From Caulobacteraceae bacterium (lineage in GTDB: Bacteria > Pseudomonadota > Alphaproteobacteria > Caulobacterales > Caulobacteraceae), in NCBI GenBank assembly GCA_035551675.1, contig DASZMV010000068.1, positions 5,675 through 69,674 on the forward strand: DNA of 64,000 nt. Reading direction: 5' to 3'. Positions within the stretch are counted from its first letter, which is position 1; each line of letters begins with the position of its first letter. Positions 35,869 through 46,836 of this stretch are shown here, piece by piece. The notes beneath the pieces are model-generated. The model did not search any database, was not told where the DNA came from, and saw only the letters and a program-made list of their open reading frames with translations. The translations under genes and the position numbers were made by a program.

Positions 35869-38085
35869 TCAGAAGTCAGCCGTCAGCGTCAGGCCGATGG
35901 TGCGCGGCCTGCCGAGGTACTCGTGGCGGACGGTGGCGGCGAACGGCGGGGCCAGGATGAAGCTGTCGGTGCGGATGTTGGTGATTTCCTGCTGGTCGAA
36001 CAGGTTCTTGACGTAGAAATCCAGCTTCACGCGCCTGAAGCTGATCCGGTCGCGGAGGTCGACGTTGGTGTACGCCGGAACCGCGACCTGGCTGCCGGCG
36101 ACCGCCGAGTAGCCCGAAAGGCTGTCGCCGACATAGGATACGTCGACGCCGAAGGTGTCGCTCAGGTTCTCACCCAGCGGGAAGGTTTTTTCTCCGCTGA
36201 GCGAATAGGTGCTGCGCGGCACGCCCGCGAACCTGGACCCCGACTTTACATTCAGTTCCGGCACCGCCTGCTCGAAGCGCGTGCGCGGCGCATCGGCGTT
36301 GAAGGTGAAGACGAGACCTTCGGCTGGAACCAGTTGTCCCTGGAGTTCGACGCCGTCGCCCGTCGCCTTGCCGCCGTTGATCACAAAGGCCGTCTGGTCC
36401 GCGCGCGAACCGGTCACGACGATATTGCTCCAGTCGATGTGATAGGCGGAGAGATCGAACCGCAGGCGGTGATCGAACAGCTCGGCCTTGACGCCTGCTT
36501 CGTAGTTGTTGAGGCGTTCCGGATCGACCTTGGGATCCGGCGGCTCGGGAATGTTCACGCCGCCCGGGTTGAAGCCCTGGGAGAACCTGGCGTAGGCGGT
36601 CACGTTCTCGGTCGGGCGCCAGTGCGCAGAAGCCGAATAGGTGGTGTCCTGTCCGCTGCTCACCGCAGGCGGAGGCGTCACGGTGAAGGCAAAGGGCGCC
36701 AGCGGCGGCGCCAAGGCGATATCCTGCGTCACGCTCTGGCGGAAACCGCTCGAGCGGACGCCGAGCGTCACATCGAAGCTCTTGCTGAATTTGACGGTTA
36801 CGTCGCCGAACCCGGCCGTCTCGCGATAGTCCGACGGCAGATTGGCCGCGAGTGACGGCGGCAACACGTACAACGATAGCGCCTGGTTGAGCGTCGCGGT
36901 TTCCCGGTTGTAATAGACCCCCGCGAGCCATTCGATGGACTGGTCCGTGGGTGAGGCGAAGCGAAGTTCTTCGGTGAACCGCCGGCCGGGGTCGAGCACG
37001 CTGACCACCTTCGCCGAGGGCAACACCGGCTGCACTTCGTCGGAGATGTCGCTGACGAAGGTGGCGGTCCGCTCTGTATAGCTGGTCGCCGAGGTCATGG
37101 TGAACCAGCGAGGCGACCAGGTGATCACGCCGGAATAGACCGACGAGTTCTGCAGGTCCGTCTCGGGGACGACGCTGTTTTGCTTGTAGTCTCCGTAGAT
37201 CAGCTTTCCGGTCTGGGCGTTGACATCCTGGCTCGCGGGAGTCGCGGAATCGATCCGGTCCCAATTGCCGGAGAGATCGACCCGCAGATCGTCGGTCGCG
37301 TTCCAGCGCAACGACAGGCGCCCGCCCGTTAGCGCGGTGTGATCGATGTTCTTGGCGCCGTTGAACACGTTGTCCGTAAAGCCCGCGTCGTACTGGTCGT
37401 AGATCACCGCGCGCAGGGCCAGCCGGTCTTGCACGAGCGGGACGTTGAACGCGGCCTTGGCCTCGTAGCCGGTCCCGCCGTGCTCGGTGGCCGAAACGCC
37501 GGTCAGGATATGGGCCGAATAGTCCGTCGCGTCCGGCGCCCGGGTGACGATCTTCACCAAGCCGCCCATGGCGGCCGATCCGTAGAGCGTGCCTTGCGGG
37601 CCCTTGAGCACTTCGACGTGGTCGGCATCGAACAGGTTCGAGTCGAGGTTGGACGAGTTGGGCAGCGTATAGCCGTTGGAAAAACCGTAGGGCGTTTCAT
37701 TGAGATAGAACGCGACCTGGGGCAGAGCCTCCCCGGGCCCGGTGGTCACGCCTCGAAGCACGACCTGTTCGCGACCCGGTTGACCGGAGCCGATCACCGC
37801 CATCCCCGGGACATCCTTCACATAGTCGGTAAGGTTGGTCGATTGGTTCTGCTCGAGCTTGGCGCCCGTGATCGCGGTGATGGAAAGCGGAACCTCCTTG
37901 GTGGTTTCGGCTCGCTTTTGCGCGGTGACCACGACCTCGCCGACGGTGGTGGCGGCGTCATCCTTCGCGGGCGCCGCCGCGGTTGCGGTTGCTGCGTAGC
38001 TCAACCCTATGGAGATGGCGACGACCGACGCCCCAGCGCGCAATCCCCGAAGCCCTCGCTTAAGCCCTTGCTTGCCGACGTCCAT
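35869..38085 (-). CDS. TonB-dependent outer-membrane receptor
   Basis: Start taken at the ATG at 38085 (GGAGG 8 nt upstream; MDVGKQGLKRGLRG..., signal peptide). Plug-domain motifs are present (VVVTAQKR ... , VEVLKGPQGTLYGS). The C-terminus ends with the aromatic residue F (TLTADF). The track start at 38142 lies inside a palindromic operator and is probably spurious. Confidence 0.9.
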   Translation of the reverse strand: MDVGKQGLKRGLRGLRAGASVVAISIGLSYAATATAAAPAKDDAATTVGEVVVTAQKRAETTKEVPLSITAITGAKLEQNQSTNLTDYVKDVPGMAVIGSGQPGREQVVLRGVTTGPGEALPQVAFYLNETPYGFSNGYTLPNSSNLDSNLFDADHVEVLKGPQGTLYGSAAMGGLVKIVTRAPDATDYSAHILTGVSATEHGGTGYEAKAAFNVPLVQDRLALRAVIYDQYDAGFTDNVFNGAKNIDHTALTGGRLSLRWNATDDLRVDLSGNWDRIDSATPASQDVNAQTGKLIYGDYKQNSVVPETDLQNSSVYSGVITWSPRWFTMTSATSYTERTATFVSDISDEVQPVLPSAKVVSVLDPGRRFTEELRFASPTDQSIEWLAGVYYNRETATLNQALSLYVLPPSLAANLPSDYRETAGFGDVTVKFSKSFDVTLGVRSSGFRQSVTQDIALAPPLAPFAFTVTPPPAVSSGQDTTYSASAHWRPTENVTAYARFSQGFNPGGVNIPEPPDPKVDPERLNNYEAGVKAELFDHRLRFDLSAYHIDWSNIVVTGSRADQTAFVINGGKATGDGVELQGQLVPAEGLVFTFNADAPRTRFEQAVPELNVKSGSRFAGVPRSTYSLSGEKTFPLGENLSDTFGVDVSYVGDSLSGYSAVAGSQVAVPAYTNVDLRDRISFRRVKLDFYVKNLFDQQEITNIRTDSFILAPPFAATVRHEYLGRPRTIGLTLTADF

Positions 38086-38134
38086 GTTATCGCCTCCCCG
38101 ATTTTCGATGGGCGCCGCCTGGAACGGCTCCATA

Positions 38135-38166
38135 CTACTCATGAGTAGAACACGGACTCATTAGTA
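38135..38166. promoter_or_regulatory. Two operator candidates related to site A: CTACTCATGAGTAG (38135-38148) and ACTCATTAGTA (38156-38166)
   Basis: The first is a perfect 14-bp palindrome and matches 13 of 14 positions of the site A core. The second matches 11 of 12. Their centres are about 20 bp apart, and they lie 50-80 bp upstream of the receptor start codon. Confidence 0.6.
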
Positions 38167-38441
38167 AGACAAATGACGTGACGGTTTGATAATGGGCATC
38201 GTGAGGGCCTCGCGAGGCCGAATGGCGTCCTCCCTCAATGGCCAAGGGTGGGGATGGGGGGTGTTTGCACAACGCCGTGGAGAGCGAGGGGCGGCCGCTC
38301 GACCAGGGCCCTTGCGTCAATTCAGCCGGCCGAGAATGGCCGCGGCGTAGACGCCGCCCAGAAATTAACGCCGCGCCTGCCGCAGCGGATGGCGACGCCG
38401 TTGCGCCATTTTCCGCTGCAATTTTAGTGATTTAAAGAGGC

Positions 38442-38526
38442 TGGTGCGGTCGAGAAGACTCGAACTTCCACGGGTTGCCCCACAGCGACCTCAACGCTGC
38501 GCGTCTACCAATTCCGCCACGACCGC
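38442..38526 (-). tRNA. tRNA-Leu (anticodon GAG), CCA encoded
   Basis: The 85-nt sequence folds by hand. Acceptor stem GCGGTCG/CGACCGC, anticodon stem CAGCG/CGCTG with loop TTGAGGT, a long variable arm (GGG-GCAA-CCC), T-loop TTCGAGT, and 3' ACCA. Confidence 0.9.
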
Positions 38527-38593
38527 TCGCCTCGGAGGCGGGGGGAATAGCAACAAGGGTGAGGCTTGGGAAGCGGCGTTTGAGAAGCGGGAA

Positions 38594-38866
38594 TCAAGCG
38601 GCTGTCCTGGCCCCGGCCATGAAGTCGTAGACGTCCGCGACCCGGGTCACCACGATGGCGATCCGGTCCTCGTGGATGCGGATTTCGCCCCGGGCGACCG
38701 GGTGGTTGTTGGCCAGGATCCAGACCTCGTCATTTTCGCCCGCGTCCAGGGGGATGACGGCGCCGCGGCCCATGCGCAGCAGCTGCTGCATGGGCAGGAT
38801 GCTGCGGCCCAGCACCACCGAGATCTCCACATTGACGGCGGCCACCTGGCCCAAATTCGCTACCAT
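38594..38866 (-). CDS. FliN/FliY-type SpoA-domain protein (flagellar switch C-ring family), orphan copy
   Basis: 90 aa. [31 protein letters not shown] ... [27 protein letters not shown] matches the FliN C-terminal surface-presentation-of-antigens domain. Confidence 0.7.
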   Translation of the reverse strand: MVANLGQVAAVNVEISVVLGRSILPMQQLLRMGRGAVIPLDAGENDEVWILANNHPVARGEIRIHEDRIAIVVTRVADVYDFMAGARTAA

Positions 38867-38925
38867 ACGGCTCTACTCAGCGGCCGCAGTTGCACGCGCG
38901 GCTCAGCTCGCCACATTGGGTGCGC

Positions 38926-39648
38926 ATGCTTGACGACGCGTTAAACCGAGCCTTCGACCCCCCCGCCCCCGTGCGATTTCTGCGGCCGGACGGCAAGGCC
39001 GTGGCCTGGGCGGTCTCGACCGCGCCGGTGGACTATCCCGCGGCGGTGGAGGCGATGGAGCGGCGCGTGGAGGCGATCGCCGCGGGCGAGGCGTCCGAGC
39101 TGGTCTGGCTGCTCGAGCACCCTCCGCTCTACACCGCCGGCGTCTCGGCCAAGCCCGGCGACCTGCTCTCCCCCGACCGGTTCCCCGTGCACCGCACCGG
39201 CCGCGGCGGCCAGTTCACCTACCATGGGCCGGGCCAGCGGGTGGCCTACGCCATGCTCGACCTGCGCGAACGCGGGCGCGACGCGCGCGGGTTTGTCCGT
39301 GCGCTGGAGGCGTGGCTGATCGAGGCGCTCGCCACGTTCAACGTGAGGGGCGAGATGCGCGACGGCCGCGTCGGCGTCTGGGTCGATCGCGGTCACGGGC
39401 GTGAGGACAAGATCGCCGCCATCGGGGTGAAGCTGCGCCGCTGGGTGTCGTTCCACGGCGTCAGCCTGAACGTCGAACCGGACCTCACCCACTTCAGCGG
39501 CATCGTGCCGTGCGGCATCACCGAACACGGCGTGACGAGTCTGGTGGACCTGGGTCTGCCGGTGGGGCTCGACGAAGCGGACGCGGCGCTGATGCGCGCG
39601 TTCCAAAAAGTATTTGGGCCGGTCGAGCCGGCCCAAACACCTGTCTGA
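38926..39648 (+). CDS. lipB: Octanoyltransferase LipB
   Basis: Contains [44 protein letters not shown] and CGI. The GTG at 38920 is an alternative start. Confidence 0.9.
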   Translation: MLDDALNRAFDPPAPVRFLRPDGKAVAWAVSTAPVDYPAAVEAMERRVEAIAAGEASELVWLLEHPPLYTAGVSAKPGDLLSPDRFPVHRTGRGGQFTYHGPGQRVAYAMLDLRERGRDARGFVRALEAWLIEALATFNVRGEMRDGRVGVWVDRGHGREDKIAAIGVKLRRWVSFHGVSLNVEPDLTHFSGIVPCGITEHGVTSLVDLGLPVGLDEADAALMRAFQKVFGPVEPAQTPV

Positions 39649-39660
39649 GATAAGTTCGCT

Positions 39661-40086
39661 TTACGCAGCGGCGGGCGCGGGGATCGACGGCGTGATGGTC
39701 GAACGGCCGCGCGGATCGTCGCCGTAGATATTCCCGCCGACCGTGCCGGGCAGCAGGCAGAGCAGCAGGAACACCGCAAAGTGGGTGACGCCCGGCAGGC
39801 TCAACAGCGAGAACCAGCCGCTGACGCCGATGTCGTGCCAGCGCTTCACCGTGATCGCGAGCATCGACCAGAAGCCCACGATCCCGACCAGGCTCGCGAT
39901 GCCGAAGCCAAGCGGCGACGGATCGAAACGGACGTCGGCATTGTCGGTCCCGAAGTCGCTGATCGAAAGGCCGGAGACCACCGCAGAAACGCCGACGCAG
40001 GCCAGCACGAAGCCGATGCCCAGTGACGCGAGCAGATAGTGCGTGCGGCGAATGCGGCCGTGAAAACCAAACAAGAAGTTCAACAT
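39661..40086 (-). CDS. DUF805 family membrane protein (tandem copy 1)
   Basis: Start at the internal ATG at 40086. Contains FHGRIRRTHY, VKRWHDIGVSGWF and a C-terminal GGNIYGDDP. Confidence 0.8.
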   Translation of the reverse strand: MLNFLFGFHGRIRRTHYLLASLGIGFVLACVGVSAVVSGLSISDFGTDNADVRFDPSPLGFGIASLVGIVGFWSMLAITVKRWHDIGVSGWFSLLSLPGVTHFAVFLLLCLLPGTVGGNIYGDDPRGRSTITPSIPAPAAA

Positions 40087-40221
40087 GTCAGCCTCCCGGG
40101 GAGTGTTGAGGGAGAGTCTAGACCTGGCGCGACCCAACTCAACTTAAGGATCGGTAAGTTTATGAACGTTTGGAAAGCTTGGCTGCGACTGTGAAGCCGG
40201 CCCCGGTTATTGCGCCGGGGC

Positions 40222-40647
40222 CTATTGCGCTGCCGGGGCCATGGACGCGACCCGCTGCGGATTTGGGCCGAAACGGTTGGCCCCTTGCTCGCCCGGCATC
40301 AGAACCAGTTCGACGAAGGCCCAGATCAGGAACAGCAGACCCACCACGTCCCAGAAGTCCTTGGGATGGGGCCAGACCAGAATGAACGCGAGCATGATCA
40401 GCGGCGACCACCAGCCGGAGCGGCCCCGGTCGTGCAGCCGCTTGGACAGCACGCAGGCGCCGGTAAAGATCAGGAGACCGTAGACGAAGAGGCCGGTGGC
40501 CCAGTGCAGCACCGGATAGGCGTCCGCCACCGACTCGTAGAGCGTGAGCAGGACGATCAGCACCACCGACGAGGCGACGAACGGCAGACGGCTCGAACGG
40601 CCGTCCGCGGAGAAGAACTGTTCGGTCCAGTCGATCTTGCCGTTCAT
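40222..40647 (-). CDS. DUF805 family membrane protein (tandem copy 2)
   Basis: Start at the ATG at 40647. Contains GRSSRLPF, SKRLHDRGRSGWW and GANRFGPNP. Confidence 0.8.
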   Translation of the reverse strand: MNGKIDWTEQFFSADGRSSRLPFVASSVVLIVLLTLYESVADAYPVLHWATGLFVYGLLIFTGACVLSKRLHDRGRSGWWSPLIMLAFILVWPHPKDFWDVVGLLFLIWAFVELVLMPGEQGANRFGPNPQRVASMAPAAQ

Positions 40648-40734
40648 GACCGATTCCGGCCGCCCCAATCCCGGAGCAGGTGTCCCTACCTAGGGCGCGA
40701 GGCGGCCGGAAGAAAGCGTTGAATCGAACCTGGA

Positions 40735-41136
40735 TCAGGCCGCCGCAGGCGCCGCCTCGCCAAGCTTTGGATCGGGTCCGTACTGGTTTGGACCGGCGGT
40801 TCCCGGCAGGAAGCCGAGTTCGATGAACGGCCACAGGTTCAGCAGCGGAACGATGAACAGCAAAGCGAACCACCATGCCCGTCCGCGGTCGTGAGCCCGC
40901 TTCACGTAGATGGCGAAGCTCATGTAGACCAGGGCGATATCGATGATCCCGACGACCGGCATGAACAGCGGGCTGCCGGTGGAAACGACGCCGCCGGGCG
41001 TGACCTTCGGTCCAAGCAGCATGAACAGAATCCAGAAGAGGATTCCGAACCCGACGCTGAGCCCCAGCACGCCCATCCAATAGTGCAACCGACGAATACG
41101 CCCGTTGTAGCTGAACAGCAGATTCTTGATATCCAT
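40735..41136 (-). CDS. DUF805 family membrane protein (tandem copy 3)
   Basis: Contains YNGRIRRLHYW, VKRAHDRGRAWWF and GPNQYGPDP. Confidence 0.8.
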   Translation of the reverse strand: MDIKNLLFSYNGRIRRLHYWMGVLGLSVGFGILFWILFMLLGPKVTPGGVVSTGSPLFMPVVGIIDIALVYMSFAIYVKRAHDRGRAWWFALLFIVPLLNLWPFIELGFLPGTAGPNQYGPDPKLGEAAPAAA

Positions 41137-41311
41137 AAGTCTTCCCCTAGCTCCCTAGCGTTTAAGCGAACCTGTTGAAGGAATCAGGCTTAAGCAGACT
41201 GGACTGCATGCGGGCGACAGCCGGCCCGCGACTGTGTGTCTAGCTATCGCGCCTTAGGCGAGCGGCGTCTAGATTTAAAATCCTGTTGAAATCCCTGAGG
41301 GTCTTGGGCCG

Positions 41312-42544
41312 TCACTCGGCCACAACCGGGCGACTCAGCAGGCCCAGCAGCGCAAACGCCGCCACGATCTCGATGGGAACCAGGGTCAACAGCACCCCGG
41401 TCGGCCCCGCGCCCGCGCTTAGCAGCGCCGCGGCCAGAAGCGGCCCCGCGATGGCGCCGAGCCTGCCGGCGGCAATCGAGGCGCCCACCCCGGCCCCGCG
41501 TTCGACGGCCGGATAGTGGCTGGGCGCGAGGCTGTAGAGGATGATCGATCCGCTGACGATGAAGACGCCGGCGGCGAAGCCGGCGCCGCCGGCCGCCGCG
41601 AGGTCGGCGCTGGCGAGGGCCAAGGCGACGAGCGCGATGGCCAAGCCGGCGAACCAGAGCGCGACGGTCAGGGTCTTGCGCTTGCGGCTCAACAGGTCGC
41701 CCAGCACCAGCACGCCGAGGCCGCCGCCGATGTTGAACAGCACCGAGATCACGCTGGCCTCGGCCTTGCCCACGCCCTTGGCGCCCATCAGGGTCGGCAG
41801 CCAGTTGAGCAGCAAATAGAGCGTCATCACCACCGCGACGGACGCGAGCCAGAGCAGAAGCGTGGTCAGCCACCGCGCCGGACCAAACAGCGTGCTCACG
41901 AGCTTGATCGCCGGCGCCTTGGCCTCGACGTGGCGGCGGCGCGCCGCGACGAAGCTGAGCGACTCCGGAAGCAGGAAGATCATCACCGGCGCTAGAACGA
42001 GGGGCGCGACGCCGCCGATGAAGAAGATGTCGCGCCAGCCCGCCGCCGCGGCGACGCCGCCTGCGATGGCGCCGCCGAACGGCATGGCGGACGCGGCCAG
42101 AGCCACCAGCCGCACGCGCAAACCAACGCTCACCGCTTCGGCCGACAACGACAGAAGAATGGGTAGAGCGCCGCCAAGGCCGATCCCTGCGAGCACACGG
42201 ATCCACAGCAGGCTGTCGAAATCCCAGGCGAAGGCGGTCGCCACCGAGAACAGGCCGAAGAACGCCATCGACCCGATCAGCACCCACTTACGTCCGACGC
42301 GGTCGGCCACGCGGCCGAAGACGACGGCGCCGATCAGCAAACCCAGCAGGCTCGCGCTGAACACCGGTCCGAGTTGGTCGCGCGTGATCTTCAGCGCCGG
42401 TGCGATTCCCGGCGCGGCCACGCCCATCGATTGGATGTCGAAACCTTCGGTCAGGGCCGCGAGACCGCAGAGCGCCAGGGTCCAGCGCGCGCGTGCGGAG
42501 CCCAGTTCAGCGTTCGCCCAGCTCATTTGCGGGTCCCCCGTCAC
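41312..42544 (-). CDS. MFS transporter (aromatic acid:H+ symporter-like)
   Basis: 410 aa with 12 predicted TM segments and the MFS loop motif GRVADRVGRKWVL. Confidence 0.8.
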   Translation of the reverse strand: MTGDPQMSWANAELGSARARWTLALCGLAALTEGFDIQSMGVAAPGIAPALKITRDQLGPVFSASLLGLLIGAVVFGRVADRVGRKWVLIGSMAFFGLFSVATAFAWDFDSLLWIRVLAGIGLGGALPILLSLSAEAVSVGLRVRLVALAASAMPFGGAIAGGVAAAAGWRDIFFIGGVAPLVLAPVMIFLLPESLSFVAARRRHVEAKAPAIKLVSTLFGPARWLTTLLLWLASVAVVMTLYLLLNWLPTLMGAKGVGKAEASVISVLFNIGGGLGVLVLGDLLSRKRKTLTVALWFAGLAIALVALALASADLAAAGGAGFAAGVFIVSGSIILYSLAPSHYPAVERGAGVGASIAAGRLGAIAGPLLAAALLSAGAGPTGVLLTLVPIEIVAAFALLGLLSRPVVAE

Positions 42545-42602
42545 GTCCCCGTGTCGCGCGAAACCTAGGACGCTATTCGCCGCGCCGCAAACGACTGGCG
42601 GC

Positions 42603-44609
<2,007 letters not shown>

Positions 44610-44743
44610 CCGGTCTCCCTGGACCCGGCACAGAAGGCGGCTGCTTAGACGGCGGCGTCCTCGATGGCAATTCGCGGGTCAGGCGGCGCCGAGTTTACCC
44701 CAGGCTGAAAAAACGTTTATCTCCCCGGGAGGAGGACCCCTGA

Positions 44744-46312
44744 ATGAGAACCTTGTTCGCCGCCGTGATCGGCGCCGCAGCGACCTTGAGCGCCGTGAGC
44801 GCCACCGCCCAGCAGGATCAGAACTGGAGCGCCGCGGCGACCCAGGACCTGCAGGCGATCCACGACGCCCTGCGTGACAACAGTCCCGAGGTCTATATGG
44901 ACCAGGACTCGGCCCAGTTCCGCGCCTGGCTCGACGCCGGCCTGGCCCAGGCCCAGAAGCAACCGCTCGGCAAGGTGAACAACGTGGCGGCGTACGCCGA
45001 CGCGCTGAAGTACTACACGGTGGGCTTCCGCGACGCGAACATCGCGCTGGACCCGAACTGGGAAGAGCGGCCGGCCAGTTTCGCGGCCAGCTATCCGGGC
45101 TTCTCCACCGCATGGCGCGGCGGGGCCTATGTGGTCGCCTACGACGACCCGAACTTCAAGAATTTGCCGCCGGTCGGCGCCACGCTGATCTCCTGCGACC
45201 GCGTTGCGGCCGAGGACATCGCCAAGCAGCGTCTCGATCGTTACGAGGGCGACCTGACCACCGAGAGCGGCCGTTTCGAGAGCGCGCCCTACCTCCTCTG
45301 GGACCGCGCCAACACGATGTTGCCGCCGCTGCCGCAGAAGTGCGACTTCAACGTCGGCGGCCGTAAGCGCACCTTCCCGATCACCGAAACCTTCAGCAAG
45401 ACCGAAGCGCGCGAGGCCGCGGTGAACGCCGCCGCGCCGCATCCGACCGGCCTTGGCATCGAGAGCTTCGACGGGGGCTACTGGATCAGCCTGCACTCGC
45501 TGTCCGAGCGGCAGAGCTGGACGCCGCTGCTCAACCAGATCGACCAGAACATCGCCGCGATCCGCGCGGCGCCGGTGGTGGTCATCGACCTGCGCGGCGC
45601 CGACGGCGGTTCGGTCCGCTCGGGCTTCCGCGTGCTGAGCCGTCTGTGGGGCGCTCCCTTCGTCACCGTCAGCAACCCGCCCGCGACCAAGATCGCCTAC
45701 CGGACGTCGAAGGCGAACCAGGACTTCTATCGCAACGTCGCCGCCCGCCTGCAGGCGGACCCGATGACCGCCATGGGCGCGGCGCAGTGGAGCCAGCTGG
45801 CCGATCAGCTCGCCGCCGCCGCCGCGCAGAACCAGCCGATCCTGCAGCGCGACGAGAACGCGATCCGCGCCGCCGCCGAATCGCCCGCCGCGGTGGCCCC
45901 GGAACTGCCCAAGGAAGGCGCGGCCCCGGTCGCCGGTGAAACGCCGCCCCCGCCGCCGCCGCCGGCCGCCGCGCCGGCAGGCCCGCCGGTGAACCAGATG
46001 AAGGGCCGGGTGATTGTCCTGACCGACTACTGGTGTTCGGGCGCCTGCCTCTATGTGATGGACACCCTGACCCGCATGCCCAATGTCCAGCAGGCAGGGA
46101 CCCAGACCTCGGCGGACTCGATCTACATCGGCCAGTCGTCGATCCGCCTGCCCTCGGGCAACGCGGGGATCATGTTCGGCGACAAGGCGTGGCTCGACCG
46201 TCCGCGTAAGACCAACGTGCCCTACGCTCCGGCCGCGGGCCTGGTCTACACCGGCAATCTCGCGGATGAGGCCGCGGTGAAAGCCTGGGTCGGCCAGGTC
46301 GCCGGCCACTGA
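44744..46312 (+). CDS. Secreted S41-like (tail-specific/IRBP-type) peptidase-family protein
   Basis: Signal peptide (AAATLSAVSATAQQ). VVVIDLRGADGGS and VIVLTDYWCSGACLYVMD resemble the S41 core. This is a moderate-confidence family call. Confidence 0.5.
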   Translation: MRTLFAAVIGAAATLSAVSATAQQDQNWSAAATQDLQAIHDALRDNSPEVYMDQDSAQFRAWLDAGLAQAQKQPLGKVNNVAAYADALKYYTVGFRDANIALDPNWEERPASFAASYPGFSTAWRGGAYVVAYDDPNFKNLPPVGATLISCDRVAAEDIAKQRLDRYEGDLTTESGRFESAPYLLWDRANTMLPPLPQKCDFNVGGRKRTFPITETFSKTEAREAAVNAAAPHPTGLGIESFDGGYWISLHSLSERQSWTPLLNQIDQNIAAIRAAPVVVIDLRGADGGSVRSGFRVLSRLWGAPFVTVSNPPATKIAYRTSKANQDFYRNVAARLQADPMTAMGAAQWSQLADQLAAAAAQNQPILQRDENAIRAAAESPAAVAPELPKEGAAPVAGETPPPPPPPAAAPAGPPVNQMKGRVIVLTDYWCSGACLYVMDTLTRMPNVQQAGTQTSADSIYIGQSSIRLPSGNAGIMFGDKAWLDRPRKTNVPYAPAAGLVYTGNLADEAAVKAWVGQVAGH

Positions 46313-46827
46313 TGAGCGGAGCCCTGATCAGCGGCGTCGCCGCCACCCTCGCGGTGGCGGCGACCGCTCCGGCGGGGAGTGCGACCATGACATCTGCGCC
46401 TCCTCCGGCAGCGACCGCCCCGGCGCCGGGCTACGGCGCTCCGGTCACGCTCGAACGCGCCAGGCGTTTGATCGCGGCGGCGCAAGCTGAGGCGAGCAAG
46501 CACGATTTCCTGATGGCCTTCGCCGTCGTCGAACCGTCGGGCGCCCTGGTCGCCTTCGAACGCATGGACGGCGTGCAGTACGGCTCGCTCGAGGTCGCCC
46601 AGGCGAAGGCCCGCGCGGCCGCGCTCTATCGCCGCCCGTCCAAGGCCTGGGCCGACGCCATCGCCGCCGGACGCGCCGGCGTGGTCACCTTCCCCAACGT
46701 GGTCGCGGCGGAAGGCGGCATACCGATCGTGGCCGACGGCAAGATCGTCGGCGCCATCGGGGTCAGCGGCGGCACCTCCGAACAGGACGGCGCGGTGGCC
46801 ATGGCGGCCCTGGCCGCGACACCTTAA
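46312..46827 (+). CDS. GlcG/HbpS-family (DUF336) haem-binding-like protein
   Basis: Contains MAFAVVEPSGALVAFERMDG, GGIPIV.DGKIVGAIGVSGGTSEQD, and a signal peptide. Confidence 0.75.
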   Translation: MSGALISGVAATLAVAATAPAGSATMTSAPPPAATAPAPGYGAPVTLERARRLIAAAQAEASKHDFLMAFAVVEPSGALVAFERMDGVQYGSLEVAQAKARAAALYRRPSKAWADAIAAGRAGVVTFPNVVAAEGGIPIVADGKIVGAIGVSGGTSEQDGAVAMAALAATP

Positions 46828-46836
46828 ATCGGGGGC

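Noticed and set aside
38142-38142. The track start codon of the TonB-dependent receptor at 38142 (MSSMEPF...).
   Set aside because: That ATG lies in the centre of the perfect palindrome CTACTCATGAGTAG and has no RBS. The ATG at 38085 has a GGAGG 8 nt upstream and is followed directly by a signal peptide.
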